From positions 44,342,402 through 44,406,401 of the forward strand of contig NC_068989.1 in assembly GCF_001194135.2 (NCBI RefSeq): a stretch of 64,000 nucleotides of DNA, written 5' to 3'. Under the pieces are notes generated by a model. It made no database searches. It was not told the DNA's origin and worked only from the letters and a program-made list of their open reading frames with translations. Source of the DNA: Octopus bimaculoides. Its lineage: Eukaryota. A program made the translations under genes and the position numbers. Position 1 is the stretch's first letter, and each line of letters opens with the position of its first letter. Below, in pieces: positions 62,161-64,000 of the stretch.

Positions 62161-62793
62161 TCCTTACCACACGAAAACTAATTTAAGCCTTATGAAAGAA
62201 CTTACCTAGTTTCGAAAACTAAGCGACTCCTTAGAAAAGAGAGATTACAAAAGAAATTCTGAAATGATGATTCATTGTCTGATACCAGGTCTGTTTTGCG
62301 TAAATTTTTATCTTAATTAACCTAAACTAAGATAACCAATCCTGCAATTTTATGAAAATGTCAATTGCCTGAACATGTCAAGCTAACTGACTATGCTTTC
62401 TAGTATGCACTGAATATATACTACTAAATATTCTCTGAAGAATGACTGTTCTTCAAAGATAAATCCTTTATGAATTTTTTTTTTTTTAATTGCTATACGA
62501 GAAAGTAAAATATCATTGAAGAACTTTGAAATGTCTGCAGATTATTGCTATTTCAAAGCTTCCTTTCACAAGTTTTAGAAAATAAGAAGAAATATAAAAT
62601 ACATGCAAACATTTGATAATTCAACATGTCTTCCTCTTTCTCTCTCTTCCTTCTTGTTATTTTCAAGCCATGTATTCCGTTTTCCCTCTAGTTTCATATT
62701 TTATGAAATCAGTGTTAAGATTGTTCGTGCAGTGAAGGCGGCGAGCTGACAGAATCGTTAGAACGCCGGGCGAAATACTTAGCGGTATTTCGT

Positions 62794-64000
62794 CTATGTG
62801 AGTTTTGTTGGTTACGCGTCGCACATGTGTTCGTGGTGAAAATTGCTGGTTATTAGTGTTATTATTTATAATAACTATTCTTTTATTAACTGCAGTTTCT
62901 GTTAAAATTCTAATTGTTGGAGTTTTTATTTGAAAACACTAAGTGCTTGTAGAAAGCACACGTTGGCAGCTGGGAGTCGAACCCGGCAGCTGTCGACGAA
63001 CAAGTCAGACTACATAAAATATTAAAAAATGATGGAAGTGAAAGATAGCGTGGTTCAAATACAACCACCGGAGCAATTTATGCTTGACAAAAAACAGAAA
63101 ACAATAATTTTAAAAACTTATTGTTTACAAAAAAGAAAAATCGAAAGATTTACAGAAGAGAAGATTGAAAAGTATTCGAAGGAAATATGGAGCGACGTAG
63201 TGTATGTGACAAGAGGTAAGAAGTTTGGTACAGTGGAAGTAAGGTTTGCCAACAAGGAAATGGCACAAAAGCATTCCGTAGAGATTCTGAAAACGGAAGA
63301 CGTGACGCTCATCCCCACCTATATGGGGATGAGAACGTCCAGAATTAATATAACAAGGGTCCCACCGGAAGTGGATCCTATGTGGGTGGTGGAGGCAGTC
63401 CTAGTCAAAGAGGAATAGAAAATTACCCTCCTCCAGGCTGCCGTTATCGAAAACGCTAACTTGACTGGTCAATCAGTTAGTTTCATTATCCAAGCTGACC
63501 CCAAAATAATTGAAGCAATTCCCGAGACAATTCAGATAGGGGAGGAGAACCTGGTGGTGTTTGTTGAGGGTCGAAAACCCCGGTGTCTTTTGTGCGGTCA
63601 ATTAGGCCACATTCGAAGGAAAATGAGGAAAACTAGGAAGAGGAGAAAGAAGAAGAAAAAGAAGAAAAAGATGAGAAGAAAACAACAAACAAAAGAAAAA
63701 TACAATCAGCAGCTCAACCGAGAGTGGCGACTACTACAGAACAACGACCAAAAAAGACTGCAAGAAGAGAAAAAGAGGAGAAAGGCATAATAGCCGTATA
63801 CAGTAAAGATACTGAACTAATGAGAGACATTCAATTAATTAAGACTGCAAAAAAAATAGATAACTTTTCGGAGAAATACAACAATTATGACGTGTATGAA
63901 GTCTCAAATAAGACTCATAGAATTTTACAAAACAAACACCGTAAGTCAGTATCATCTATGAGACTGGACTTTAATAAGTCTATATTTAATGGACTACCAG
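62794..64000 (+). mobile_element. ORF1-only retroposon, fourth lineage, inserted into a SINE head (62733-62793) and running off the window
   Basis: ORFs 63029-63418 and 63461-63790 are separated by one in-frame stop: FGTVEVRF, LIPTYMG, RVPPEVDPMWV, VEGRKPRCLLCGQLGHIRRK, K/E linker, then a C-terminal domain resembling 33674-33991. Confidence 0.85.

Noticed and set aside
62972-62990. Perfect antisense pol III B-box (GGTTCGACTCC) in the 5' UTR of the 63-kb element
   Set aside because: Single 11-bp match, no A-box, absent from the other copies.

Overview
AT-rich eukaryotic DNA with many microsatellites and about 14 N-gaps. The SINE families point to an octopus or other coleoid cephalopod (inference). 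I can identify no intact host protein-coding gene; almost all recognisable sequence is transposon-derived. SINEs: dozens of tRNA-derived copies in four types. DNA transposons: a full-length mariner with nested inserts, two Tc1 copies, Chapaev3/CMC, a Helitron 3' end, a Helentron-type MITE and a Merlin-like MITE. Retroelements: two HERO/R2-group REL-endonuclease LINE fragments, an L1/Tx1 endonuclease fragment and a Gypsy pol fragment. Two patterns stand out. (1) A family of about 1.6-kb retroposons encoding only a Gag/ORF1-like protein (RRM-like region, CCHC knuckle, charged linker, C-terminal domain), with no reverse transcriptase. There are at least six diverged copies, one complete between 13-bp target-site duplications, and they share a 3' tail with a SINE subfamily. 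(2) A cassette of about 0.5 kb, present seven times in both orientations between 38 and 56 kb, that keeps micro-exon-like blocks (31-35 nt and exactly 23 nt) around a 52-57 nt GT-AG mini-intron. All calls were made by eye; coordinates of degenerate elements are approximate.
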